DNA of 64,000 bases from Macrostomum lignano (Eukaryota), in assembly GCA_002269645.1 (NCBI GenBank), contig NIVC01002026.1:62001-126000 (forward strand), read 5' to 3'. Of the stretch, positions 12,455 through 25,706 are shown one piece after another. The position numbers were made by a program, and so were the translations under genes. The number at the start of each line of letters is the position of its first letter. Positions within the stretch are counted from its first letter, which is position 1. Under the pieces are notes generated by a model. That model saw only the letters and a program-made list of their open reading frames with translations, was not told the origin of the DNA and did not search any database.

Positions 12455-14614
12455 AGACAGAATAGGTTATTATTTTTGCAGGTATTTGTTTAAATGGGTG
12501 CCGCAAGCATTCTGATTGATTGATTGGTTCGTGAATTAATCGATTTTTATTGATTTATGATTGGCTGCTTCTGCTGATGCCCTGGTGCTGGCACCCCTTG
12601 TAGAATATCATTCTTAACTTTATTGCAAGACATTTAATATTGTTTTGTGCAGAGAAACGTTTCTTAGAAAGTGTTTATTAAGGAGGCTGGTTCTCGCCGT
12701 AAATACACTACAAAGGAAGGAACATTTTCACTTTTTTATGTAAAATCGTTATTGCTTTAGATAGGAGGCAAAACCACTGACCATATTTTGATATGTTTTG
12801 CCTTTCTTACAGCTCTATTGATATTCATAAAGCTTTTTGTGTTTGTGGAAATACTCGATAATCATATTCAGCTTTCTTGTTTAATTTTTCGGCTGCTTTG
12901 CCTTCTGAATTTATTTTTTGTTTAGATCCGTTTTACTCACCTTTATGAAAAGTTTCTGTGTGGAAGAAGTTTATTTCTTAATGTGTTAGTGAGTCTGCTT
13001 TTTTATTACTTAGTTACACAGTTACTTAGTTATTTAGTGTGTTTATTTGTTTGTTTGTTCGTTTGTTTGTTCGTTTGTACCATTTCGTACTCTCCACTTA
13101 CTTAGCGAGTGCATCAGTGAAATTCAATATTTAGGCTATTGCTGTCGGTCTTTAACTCGACAAGTGACTTTGCCGATTCTACAAATATATCGCAAGAATG
13201 AACGCTCGGTATTAAACAGTCAGTCTCCTGACTTTCGCGTCACGCCAGTTAGTTGGTTAGGAGAATTCTAAGATGCTGAGGCTCATGGGGAATTGCTGAG
13301 ATGCTGTGGCTCATGGGGAATTTCTTAGATGCTGAAGCTTATGGGGAATTGCTGAGACGCTGAAGCTCATGGGGAATCGCTGCGATGCTGTGGCTCATGG
13401 GGAATTTCTGAGATGCTGTGGCTCATGGGGAATTGTTGAGACGCTGAAGCTCATGTGGAATTGCTGAGATGCTGAGGCTCATGGGGAATTTCTGAGATGC
13501 TGTGGCTCAGGGGGAATTGCTGAGACGCTGAAGCTCATGGGGAATTGCTGCGATGCTGTGGCTCATGGGGAATTTCTGAGATGCTGTGGCTCATGGGGAA
13601 TTGTTGAGACGCTGAAGCTCATGTGGAATTGCTGAGATGCTGAGGCTCATGGGGAATTTCTGAGATGCTGTGGCTCAGGGGGAATTGCTGAGATGCTGAA
13701 GCTCATGGGGAATTGCTGAGATGCTGAAGCTCATGGGGAATTGCTGAGATGCTGAGGCTCATGGGGAATAGCTGAGATGCTGAGGCTCATCGGGAATTGC
13801 TGAGATGCTGTGGCTCATGGGGAATTGCTGATATGCTGTGGCTCATGGGGAATTGCTGAGATGCTGAGGCTCATAAGGAATTGCTGAGATGCTGAGGCTC
13901 ATAAGGAATTGCTGAGATGCTGAGGCTCATGGGGAATTGCTGAGATGCTGAGGCTCTAATCCGCTGACTCCTGAGCCATGCAAGCGCTCCAATACTGTAC
14001 GCAGGCACTCATGCACAATGCGCACACAGGGTGTACAGCGGCCATTCTAGACAGAATGGAATGTCATTTTTGCAGGTATTTGTTTAAATGGGTGCCGCAA
14101 GCATTCTGATTGATTGATTGGTTCGTGAATTAATCGATTTTTTATTGATTTCATGATTGGCTGCTTTTGCTGATGCCCTGGTGCTGGCACCCCTGGTAGA
14201 ATATCATTCTTAACTTTATTGCAAGACATTTAATACTGTTTTGTGCAGAGAAACGTTTCTTAGAAAGTGTTAATTAAGGAGACAGGTTTTCGCCGAAAAA
14301 TACACTGGCTACACTGCCTACAGAGATAGGAACTTTTCACTTTTTTCGTATTAAAATTGTATTGCTTTCGATAGGAGGCAGACCCAATGTTGAATATTTT
14401 GATATGTTTTGTCTTCCTTATAACTCTATTGATATTCGTAAAGCTTTTTGTGTTTGTGAAAATACTCCATAATCATATTCAGCTTTCTTGTTCAATATTT
14501 CGGCTGCTTTGCCTTCGGAATTTATTTTGTTTAGATCTGTTTTACTCACCTTAATGGAAACTTCATATGTGGAAGTTCATTTCTTTAATGTGTTAGTGAG
14601 TCAGTTTGTTTTTT

Positions 14615-14620
<6 letters not shown>
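12455..14620. repeat. Diverged direct duplication: about 12455-13030 resembles about 14046-14620
   Basis: Shared colinear text TTCTAGACAGAAT..TTTTTGCAGGTATTTGTTTAAATGGGTGCCGCAAGCATTCTGATTG..GTGTTAGTGAGTC in both copies. Confidence 0.85.
13270..13956. repeat. 28-bp minisatellite
   Basis: Unit GCTGAGATGCTG(A/T)GGCTCATGGGGAATT. Confidence 0.92.
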
Positions 14621-15135
<515 letters not shown>

Positions 15136-15214
15136 TTAATATTGAAAATACATTTCATGCGTGTTTATGCCTCAATAAAATGCGTTTTTTCTTCATCTCT
15201 CACATTGCCTCCCC

Positions 15215-15572
15215 TGTCTCCCCATCTCTCTCTCTGTCTCTTCCCATCTCTCCCCTCTCTCTGTCTCTTCCCATCTCTCCACTCTCTCTGTCTCTTCCCA
15301 TGTCTCTCTCCCCTCTCTCTGTCTCTTCCCATCTCTCCCCATCTCTCTGTCTCTTCCCATCTCTCCCCATCTCTCTGTCTCTTCCCATCTCTCCCCTCTC
15401 TCTGTCTCTTCCCATCTCTCCCCATCTCTCTGTCTCTTCCCATCTCTCCCCTCTCTCTGTCTCTTCCCATCTCTCCCCTCTCTCTGTCTCTTCCCATCTC
15501 TCCACTCTCTCTGTCTCTTCCAATCTCTCTCCCCTCTCTCTGTCTCTTCCCATCTCCCTCCTCTCTCTGTCT
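15215..15572. repeat. CT-rich minisatellite (related tract at 16915-17120)
   Basis: Units like CTCTCTGTCTCTTCCCATCTCTCCC; both tracts follow the same ~90-bp flank (15140-15230 and 16840-16930). Confidence 0.85.
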
Positions 15573-15990
15573 CCTCATGTAATAGGTCGTTTATCGGTAG
15601 TCTCTGGTGGCCTCTCACGCCAACTACCTTACACGCCTGCTACCCCTCTGCCACGACAGACAGAAGCTTCGAAGAACTGAGACAAGTCATTTTCTTAGGT
15701 TTGAGCTCAAACTCTACTAAACTCGGCAGTGGAGAGCCTCGGCTCTTTCAATTGCATTGTATTTATAATGCTCGGCATTGTGCTCGGGGGCAGTGTTGGG
15801 GTGGTGGCGTGATATTTTTCCGCCTCACAAATCTTATGTGCTTTTTTGCATAGTTAGGTAGTTACATAAATTAACACAGAGAGGGCATGCATGGTCTGCG
15901 TGGCTGTTTTAGTGCAGGCAAATGGGTGGGTCTAACATTAATTATCTACGATAAGTTTGTAACAGCATATCAGCGTTTTGAACTCTGATA

Positions 15991-16716
15991 CAGTGCAGGC
16001 CTCTGGCTTCCAAATGGTTAACTTGCACTTTTCCATGGCTGTTTGCTGACACAGTGCAGGCCTCTGGCTTCCAAATGGTTAACTTGCACTTTTCCATGGC
16101 TGTTTGCTGACACAGTGCAGGCCTTTGGCTTCCAAATGGTTAACTTGCACTTTTCCATGGCTGTTTGCTGACACAGTGCAGGCCTCTGGCTTCCAAATGG
16201 TTAACTTGCACTTTTCCATGGCTGTTTGCTGACACAGTGCAGGCCTTTGGCTTCCAAATGGTTAACTTGCACTTTTCCATGGCTGTTTGCTGACACAATG
16301 CAGGCCTCTGGCTTCCAAATGGTTAACTTGCACTTTTCCATGGCTGTTTGCTGACACAGTGCAGGCCTCTGGCTTCCAAATGGTTAACTTGCACTTTTCC
16401 ATGGCTGTTTGCTGACACAGTGCAGGCCTCTGGCTTCCAAATGGTAAACTTGCACTTTTCCATGGCTGTTTGCTGACACAGTGCAGGCCTCTGGCTTCCA
16501 AATGGTTAACTTGCACTTTTCCATGGCTGTTTGCTGACACAGTGCAGGCCTCTGGCTTCCAAATGGTTAACTTGCACTTTTCCATGGCTGTTTGCTGACA
16601 CAGTGCAGGCCTCTGGCTTCCAAATGGTGAACTTGCACTTTTCCATGGCTGTTTGCTGACACAGTGCAGGCCTCTGGCTTCCAAATGGTTAACTTGCACT
16701 TTTCCATGGCTGTTTG
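15991..16716. repeat. 61-bp minisatellite, about 12 copies
   Basis: CAGTGCAGGCCTCTGG starts at 15991 and 16052. Confidence 0.95.
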
Positions 16717-17349
16717 CTATCTTGATTGCAGTAAGCTTAATCTTTTATATAAGCAGCAAACAGAATTTTGTAAATGCAAAAATTTTTTATTTATGATTTT
16801 GTGTGTACTTGTGCTTTGTTTTTATTGCGCACAGTTAAAATCAAAAATAAATTTCATGCGTGTTTGTGCCTTAATAAAATGCGTTTTTTCTTCTTGTCTC
16901 ACTTTGCCTCCCCTGTCTCCCCCTCTCTCTGTCTCCTCCCATCTCTCTCCCCTCTCTCTGTCTCCTCCCATCTCTCTCCCCCTCTCTGTCTCTTCCCATC
17001 TCTCTCCCCCTCTCTCTGTCTCTTCCCATCTCTCTCCCCCTCTCTCTCTGTCTCTTCCCATCTCTCTCCCCCTCTCTCTGTCTCCTCCCATCTCTCTCCC
17101 CCTCTTTTTCTGTCTCTCTGTCTCGACTCACACCAATTGTGTACATACTTACCGTACGCTCTCTATCCACCTGTCTACTCTCTCTCCCCTCTAACCTCGC
17201 CTATCTAGTAACTTTTACAACGCCACTTGTCGCTAATTTTCACTTGACCTGACGAAGAAATACAATAATTTGAATATCGGCAATTCAATTGAACTGACTT
17301 TTTCCAGTCCTTTCTACCGTGTCAGTGCCTGAGATTGGAGGTGCCATCC

Positions 17350-17388
<39 letters not shown>

Positions 17389-17459
17389 GTCTCTCTCTGC
17401 CTATATTTGTAGCTCTTAACTTACAGCCCTGAATTCGAAATATCGGCAATTAAATTAGG

Positions 17460-18215
17460 TGTGAGGTGTGATTCTGAGGTGTGATTCTGAGGTTTGATTC
17501 TCTCTGAGGTGTGATTCTCTCTGAGGTGTGATTCTCTCTGAGGTGTGATTCTCTCTGAGGTGTGATTCTCTCTGAGGTGTGATTCTCTCTGAGGTGTGAT
17601 TCTCTCTGAGGTGTGATTCTCTCTGAGGTGTGATTCTCTCTGAGGTGTGATTCTCTCTGAGGTGTGATTCTCTCTGTGGTGTGATTCTCTCTGAGGTGTG
17701 ATTCTCTGAGGTGTGATTCTCTGTGAGGTGTGATTCTCTGAGGTGTGATTCTCTGTGAGGTGTGATTCTCTGTGAGGTGTGATTCTCTCTGAGGTGTGAT
17801 TCTCTCTGAGGTGTGATTCTCTCTGAGGTGTTATTCTCTCTGTGGTGTGATTCTCTCTGAGGTGTGATTCTCTCAGGTGTGATTCTCTCTGTTGGTGTGA
17901 TTCTCTCTGAGGTGTGATTCTCTGTGAGGTGTGATTCTCTGTGAGGTGTGATTCTCTCTGAGGTGTGATTCTCTCTGAGGTGTGATTCTCTCTGAGGTGT
18001 TATTCTCTCTGTGGTGTGATTCTCTCTGAGGTGTTATTCTCTCTGTGGTGTGATTCTCTCTGTGGTGTGATTCTCTCTGAGGTGTGATTCTCTCTGAGGT
18101 GTGATTCTCTCTGAGGTGTGATTCTCTCTGAGGTGTGATTCTCTCTGTTGGTGTGATTCTCTCTGAGGTGTGATTCTCTCTGAGGTGTGATTCTCTCGGA
18201 GGTGTGATTCTCTCT
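17460..18215. repeat. 17-bp minisatellite GAGGTGTGATTCTCTCT
   Basis: Direct reading. Confidence 0.95.
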
Positions 18216-18385
18216 GGGTTCTGAGGATCAGTGGATTATCTAGCAATAAGACTATCTGGGTAAAATTATTAGGAAAAGGCATGGTATTCTACTTCAAGTG
18301 TGACTCTAAGAGGTGAAATGATTCCGTTTTAACAGCCTGATTATTGAATCAAAAGCGTGATATTTTATGAGATTGACAGGCTCAC

Positions 18386-18835
18386 TTATCCACCCTATCG
18401 ATCGGCTGATTAGCGGTCGGCCCAAGCGACCCGATGCAGATCACAAAACAGCCGATGCCCACGTCCATCAGCCCTGTGCCGAAATTGAGCGTCTTGCTGA
18501 AATCGTTATTCCAGCAGGGCTGGTCCCTAGCGAAGATGCACACAGTCGTGCTGATGTACACTATGGATCGGTAGATCGCCAGCAAGTCATTGTACGGAGG
18601 TCTGGATAGCTTCTTCGCTCCATTGTCAGCTATGGCATGAGTAGTGATGGGCAGAGTTGATGAGGCAGCAGACCCCTGAGACAGGCTCTTGTGCAGCAGG
18701 CAGCCGAGGTAGGTCACCACGCAGACGGCATTGAAGGCCAAGGAAAAGATGGCGTAGCGCTCTATTGGGAAGTCAATCACGCAGATCACGAATGGGATTG
18801 TCAAAATGCAGAATTGAAGCCAGGATGCTGGGCTG
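18386..18835 (-). CDS. PIGW: Internal exon of a divergent PIG-W/GWT1-like GPI inositol acyltransferase (other exons not located)
   Basis: YRSIVYISTTVCIFARD...FSKTLNFGTGLMDVGIGCFV resembles the GWT1/PIG-W block YR...T..AILAVDF...FAKTE.FGTSLMD.GVG.FV; hydrophobic segments lie upstream; donor AA|gtgag at 18386. The 5' boundary is approximate. Confidence 0.65.
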
Positions 18836-18929
18836 GAATTTCAGCAAATGGCTTGCTTAGTAGGTTTTCGGGTTGTGGTGGGTTATTGTGCTTGGTTGTC
18901 CCCGATTCTGTGTTTGGGGTAATTCTAAA

Positions 18930-20125
18930 GTTGGGGCGATTCTGTGGTTGGGGCGATTCTGTGGTTGGGGCGATTCTATGGTTGGGGCGATTCTATGGTT
19001 GGGGCGATTCTGTGGTTGAGGCGATTCTATGATCGGGGCGATTCTATGGTTGGGGCGATTCTATGGTTGGGGCGATTCTATGGTTGGGGCAATTCTATGG
19101 TTGGGGCGATTCTATGGTTGGGGCGATTCTATGGTTGGGGCGATTCTATGGTTGTGGCGATTCTATGGTTGGGGCGATTCTGTGGTTGAGGCGATTCTCT
19201 GATCGGGGCGATTCTATGGTTGGGGCGATTCTATGGTTGGGGCGATTCTATGGTTGGGGCAATTCTATGGTTGGGGCGATTCTATGGTTGGGGCGATTCT
19301 ATGGTTGGGGCGATTCTATGGTTGGGGCGATTCTATGGTTGTGGCGATTCTATGGTTGGGGCGATTCTATGGTTGGGGCGATTCTATGGTTGGGGCGATT
19401 TTATGGTTGTGGCGATTCTATGGTTGGGCGATTCTATGGTTGGGGCGATTCTATGGTTGGGGCGATTCTATGGTTGGGGCGATTCTATGGTTGTGGCGAT
19501 TCTATGGTTGGGCGATTCTATGGTTGGGGCGATTCTATGGTTGGGGCGATTCTATGGTTGGGGCGATTCTATGGTTGGGGCGATTCTATGGTTGGGGCGA
19601 TTCTATGGTTGTGGCGATTCTATGGTTGGGGCGATTCTGTGGTTGAGGCGATTTTCTGATCGGGGCGATTCTATGGTTGGGGCGATTCTATGGTTGGGGC
19701 GATTCTATGGTTGGGGCAATTCTATGGTTGGGGCGATTCTATGGTTGGGGCGATTCTATGGTTGGGGCGATTCTATGGTTGGGGCGATTCTATGGTTGTG
19801 GCGATTATATGGTTGGGGCGATTCTATGGTTGGGGCGATTCTATGGTTGGGGCGATTTTATGGTTGTGGCGATTCTATGGTTGGGCGATTCTATGGTTGG
19901 GGCGATTCTATGGTTGGGGCGATTCTATGGTTGGGGCGATTCTATGGTTGTGGCGATTCTATGGTTGGGCGATTCTATGGTTGGGGTGATTCTATGGTTG
20001 GGGCAATTCTATGGTTGTGGCGATTCTATGGTTGGGCGATTCTATGGTTGGGGCGATTCTATGGTTGGGGCGATTCTATGGTTGTGGCGATTCTATGGTT
20101 GGGCGATTCTATGGTTGGGGCGATT
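18930..20125. repeat. 17-bp G-rich minisatellite TGGTTGGGGCGATTCTA
   Basis: Direct reading; source of the ORFs between 18944 and 20150. Confidence 0.95.
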
Positions 20126-20444
20126 CATCCATAGAACTATGAATAAATAAATCATAGTCTAATACTGTGCATGTATTTCTGAGATCTACTTTGTTTCACT
20201 TCGATCCCCTACTTAGTATCTGTGTATCAGTAGTATATTCAGTACGCTGGTATGATTTTCTTCTAGTTCACTCTTTAAAAAGTCCTTTAAAATAATTTCA
20301 AAGTCTCAGTTTTGACAGGATGAACAAGTAAAAAACAAATTGCTTGGCTCACTGATCAGATAGCAAAGAGATGTAGTCAATATTCATTTTCAGGTACTTA
20401 TAATTAAGACAAAGATAAATATTCTTGTGTTCTATCTGTGATAG

Positions 20445-20972
20445 AACACAGAGGGTGAGAGGGGAACACAGAGGGTGAGAGGGGAACATAGAGGGTGAGA
20501 GGGGAACACATAGAGTGAGAGGGGAACACAGAGGGTGAGAGGGGAACACAGAGGGTGAGAGGGGAACACAGAGGGTGAGAGGGGAACACAGATGGTGAGA
20601 GGGGAACACATAGAGTGAGAGGGGAACACAGAGGGTGAGAGGGGAACACACAGGGTGAGATGGGAACACAGAGGGTGAGAGGGGAACACAGAGGGTGAGA
20701 GGGGAACACAGAGGGTGAGATGGGAACACAGAGGGTGAGAGGGGAACACAGAGGGTGAGAGGGGAACACAGAGGGTGAGGGGGGAACACACACATGGCGA
20801 GAGGGGAACACAGAGGGTGAGAGGGGAACACAGAGGGTGAGAGGGGAACACAGAGGGTGAGAGGGGAACACAGAGGGTGAGAGGGGAACACAGAGGGTGA
20901 GAGGGGAACACAGAGGGTGAGAGGGGAACACAGAGGGTGAGAGGGGAACACAGAGGGTGAGAGGGCAACACA
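20445..20972. repeat. 20-bp minisatellite GAGGGTGAGAGGGGAACACA
   Basis: Direct reading. Confidence 0.95.
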
Positions 20973-21919
20973 GGGTGGGCGACGGAGAAGAAAGGTCAGA
21001 TAAGGACAGCCGCACAAGAAATCAAAAGTCCGATTCCGAAAAGACCTCCGGAGACGCTGAACCCCCTGGACGAGGCGCGCCTCCTCCTGGACAGCCGGGG
21101 ACGCCAGCTGAGTCCCACCGTCTGCCGGGTCACCCACATCGGCGGCGTCGACCTGCCGCTGATCTTCGCCGAGGCGAAGCCGGGCAAGCTGGAGGCCCCT
21201 TCGCCATGCCGGCCGGTCTCGAGACTGCGCCTGCCGACACCCGCGACTGCAGCAGCTGCCGCTGCACCAGCTGGTGCGCTGCTGCGGGTCCGCCCGCCTA
21301 CGGCACCAGGTCTCCTCATCACTGCTGCCGCTGGCACTGCCGAACTCTACTGAGGTCCTGTGCTCGATTCCCTGCGTGCACCGGGACGGACTAGGGGTTG
21401 CTGCCAGTGAGTCAAAATCAGGCATTGAAACTGAAGAAGTGGCGCCAAATCTAAGATATCTATCTTAACAGGGAGGAGAGAAAAGGGGAGAAAGGAGAGG
21501 GGATGGAAAGAGAGGAGAAGGATGGAGAGAGGAGAGGGGATGGAGGAGAGAGGAGAGGAGATGGAGGAGAGAGGAGAGCCGTGATACGTATACTGTATAT
21601 TTATCAACGCTTTTAGGATGCTCACAAAATATTTAATGCGGGAATTATTAGCAGTCCATATCCGCATGATTCAAATTGTGAGATTGCCCGTAAGTTGAAA
21701 CTTTTTTAATTTAGTAAAAAATTTTTACGACATGCGATGCAGCTCGCCAAGCTGGAGGCTGCTTCTGTCTGTTAAAACACGTTTGGATATAATAAATGTT
21801 TCCGGGACTTTAAAAAAAACTATTTTGTTTTAATAGTTTTTATACAAACAGTCCGATATTATTCTTGTTAATCAGGATTGATCTCCAGTTTGTTTTTAAA
21901 AACGATTCTAGATCCTGTG

Positions 21920-23275
21920 TCATGGCATCCAGTGCTCAATCATGCACTCTACCGTTCTCAGCGAGTAGCTCTGGCCCAGAGAACTGGGACACCCGACGCA
22001 GTGGTACATCATTGGCATCTGGGCGTAGTGCACACTCAAGGCTGTCGGGTGGTCAAAGTAGATGCCGTTCGGATTGAAGAAAGTACAATATCCGAACCAC
22101 CAGCCTCCGTGACGCTCTAAAGCGCAATTATCCGGACTCAAATCGTTATCGGAGTCCGGGGTGGAAAACTGATTACCCTGAATGCCAATGTCGCTAGTCG
22201 TCATGGCCTGTCCAATGCTTGAAGCGGCAGAGTCAAACTCGCCAATGACAGCTCGGTACTTGTCCTTGGGCCCGGACACGGTGAAGTTCAAGTTCTCCGT
22301 CCAGTACCATTTTTGTCCCAATCGCTCAGCTCCCAACGGACCCGGCGACCTCCGTGTTTGGTGAGCTGGTGAATCTGCTCAAGGCCCAGCCAGAAATTGT
22401 CGGCTTCTTCTAAGCCAAATCCAGTAGAGTAGTCGGTCCAGTTCTTATCGAAGCTCAGGTTGCTGCTCACGCGATGCTGGAATGTCTTCCAGTAGTTGAA
22501 TTGGCCCGATGGTTGTGCTCGGATCTGCGTTATGAAAGCATTTTGGAACGTAATAGAAGACCAGAGAAAACAGAAAAAAATCCGTGTTGCAGACACGTGT
22601 ACTCACCCAGACTTGAGTCACGGTAGCATCTACACGAATAGCATTCCTGCACTTTCTACAACCGTTCGGCCCCCTGTTGCACACAAACTCATGACAGGTC
22701 CGGTTGTGGAGAGGAGATGGAGGAGAGAGGAGAAAAGATGGAGGAGAGAGAGGAGAGGGGATGGAGGAGAGAGGAGAGGAGATGGAGGAGAGAGGAGAGG
22801 AGATGGAGGAGAGAGAGGAGAGGGGATGGAGGAGAGAAGAGAGGAGATGGAGGAGAGAGGAGAGGAGATGGAGGAGAGAGGAGAGGAGATGGAGGAGAGA
22901 GAGGAGAGGGGATGGAGGAGAGAAGAGAGGAGATGGAGGAGAGAGGAGAGGAGATGGAGGAGAGAGGAGAGGAGATGGAAAAGAGAGAAGAGGAGATGGA
23001 GGAGAGAGAGGAGAGGGGATGGAGGAGAGAGGAGAGGGGATGGAGGAGAGAGGAGAGGGGATGGAGGAGAGAGGAGAGGGGATGGAGGAGAGAGGAGAGG
23101 GGATGGAGAGAGAGGAAGCGTCGCAGATATGCAAACAAAAAACAGCAAGATAGGGTAAACTTTCTGGTAAGGAAGTGGCATTCTGATATCCCGGTTGCAG
23201 ACCATCAGCGCTGTGAACAGCTGCGGAAATAGAAGACAAAATAAGCAGATACCAAACGATTGATACGAAATTCAT
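21920..23275 (-). CDS. Fibrinogen-related (FReD) protein; intron 22525-22606; 1-nt frameshift at 22310-22314; 5' structure uncertain
   Basis: WKTFQHR, SFDKNWTDYSTGFG, NFWLGLEQIHQLT, FSTPDSDND, NCA, GGWWF, C and NPNG are fibrinogen C-terminal domain motifs. TGG|gtgagt (22607) and gcag|ATC (22524) join in phase 0. ORF 23275 starts with a signal-peptide-like MNFVSIVWYLLILSSISA. Confidence 0.8.
22710..23112. repeat. GA-rich degenerate minisatellite within the FReD locus
   Basis: Units like GGAGAGAGGAGAGGAGATGGA. Confidence 0.9.
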
Positions 23276-25706
23276 ACCTGTCTCCCCCTTTTCTCCCCCT
23301 TGACTCCCTTTAGTCTCCTTAGAGACGAACTAGAGACACCTGTGAGCCATGGGTCTGGGTCTTTGTATCCCACTTGTCATTTGTTTTTTTAACAGCATGG
23401 TAAGTATGTCTTGATGTTCTAATCAATAATAATGCACTATGTGAAACAGACAATGTGAAGCATACGATTGAAAGATGAAAAAATCCTAGTTATTTTAAGT
23501 ACGTTAGCATTTTGAATTCATCAGAAAGGCAGTTTTAATTGTCTGCTTCAATCTTTTTATTTTGCGGTAAAATTGATGCAAGGCAAGCCTTTCTTTCCAC
23601 AGCCAACCTGGAACGGCCTGTGGTCAGCCATGGAACTCCCGCAGACTTACTTACCCGCGAGGGATCAGGGAGGTTAGCAGTGCTCATCATCAGACTGGCT
23701 ACCGGTTGAGACATTGGCTCATTTTATTGACAGAAAAGATCTGCATGCGTTCCAATACGAGCAAGTCGTAGTAGTCATTCATTATTCACAGAGCTCACAG
23801 AGCTAGCTGGTTAAATTAAGAGCTAGAGCCGTAGCCTAGCGGTGCAGCGCATCACTCAGATTTTAAAGTACATTCACGTTAATTTTTGGGACTAAATTGG
23901 AATCTCGGCTTGGCTCTGCTCGTGGAATTAACCTCAAAGACGCTGGGAAGTGTACATGTCTAACGATAAATAAAGTGTGGGTGTGTGCCTGTGGGTATGA
24001 GTGCGTACGTATCCGCGCGCCTGTGAGCCTGCTCAGGGGAATCGGCGGGATGGGCAGTAATGCCTCTTGCCGGTTGTGCGACAATACCCACAACCAAGCG
24101 GAAAGGCAAGTGCAGTTTTCTGTGCTGCTGACACCTGAGCTTCCATATTCACACGGATACTACATTCACATTCACATGAATGTATCTGACGCACACAGTC
24201 TGTGCTTTGATTTGGGCTTTTTCCGAATCGGTATGAACTGCAAAACAGGCTTTTTGCGGGGCTCAAAAGACCGTTTAGCATTCCGACACATCCAACATGC
24301 CCGATTTTGATGGACCTCGCAGCCAAATAGTTTAGTACAAATAGTATAATCCATAGTATAATCCAAAGTGTAATCAAAATAGTATAATCCAAATAGTATA
24401 GTACAAACTACGTAACGTAGTTTTTTACGTTACGCCGACGCGCTTAGATGACGTTACAAGGCATTACAACGTCGGAGTAAAGAAAAAAGTAGCTCGTACC
24501 CATTTACCAGCAGCGTCTACAGATTTCGGGTGCCTCGAGCTCATGAGTGCTCGAGTAATCTAACGCAGATATTATGCTGAAAGCATCTAAATAGAATAAT
24601 CGAATTCGATGGAGCCGCCAGTTAATTTGCTCACAGCCTTTCACAGCTTCCCCCAAGCTTCACCACTCAAGGGAGTGGCTTATCGAGCCATCGGGGACTT
24701 GAAAGAGAAAAGAAGAAAAGATAAAATGACTGAGTAAATTTATTAAAACATTTGAGCAGCTTTAGTGTTGGCGATTTCAGTGCTGGAGTACTGGCGCTGT
24801 AATCGCGTTTAGCTGACAGGACGGTCGCCTTTGTGCGTGCTTGCGCGGGCTGTTCTTTGTGCCGGCGTGGGGGGGGGGGGGTTGGGGTGCGCGGGGTGCT
24901 GGGACGGTTGGCCTTTTGGCGGTTGGCCTTTTATGTGCGTGCGCGATGGTCTGATCAGCGCGTTTGCCCTCGCAGTTTTTTCTGCTTTTCCTTGCTTTTT
25001 CTTTAATCCTATGATTTTGGTTCTCCTCCTGTTTTACTCAGCAATTTTGTTTCTTTTAAGCTTCAATACTATCGAAATATATTCGTAATTGCTAGCGGGC
25101 TCGCTTCGCCGGCCCTTCTTCGTCCTCGCCATCCCCGCGCCTTCCGCCTTTTTCCTGTTGGCTAATATCAATTATTGACATTCATTGAATATAGAATATA
25201 AACAATAGGCACAGGCTAGACTAGGCGAATAGGCCCCAAAAGTGAAAAGCTGGGACTAAATTTCATAGTTTTACCCCCAAAATTAAATGGATAACAACAA
25301 AAAAAACAACAGAATACGCAGTTAGCGTCACTGAATGGATGGATGTATCGATTAAATGTATAACAGCTCTATTCTGCCGTCCAATAAACAGCGCAGTGTT
25401 AAAAGGAACATAAACAAATACGAGCGCATAAAAAATCAAGTTAGTTTCGCTAACAAGTGAATATAAAAAGTAAATTACATAAATTACAAAGTCCAATAAA
25501 TTACTTAAAAATTACACTTTCTACGAATCGTACTAAGAAATTACGCCTCTAGCATACATTCATGACTGGCTCGAAATTATATAGGCTTACAGTTTGGCTC
25601 GTAAAATTAAAAGGCCATATTCGTACAACTAACAATGAATTAACACAATCAAAGGAATGTTGCACAAAGCTACAATGCATAGTTTTAAGGTTATAAAACA
25701 TAATTT

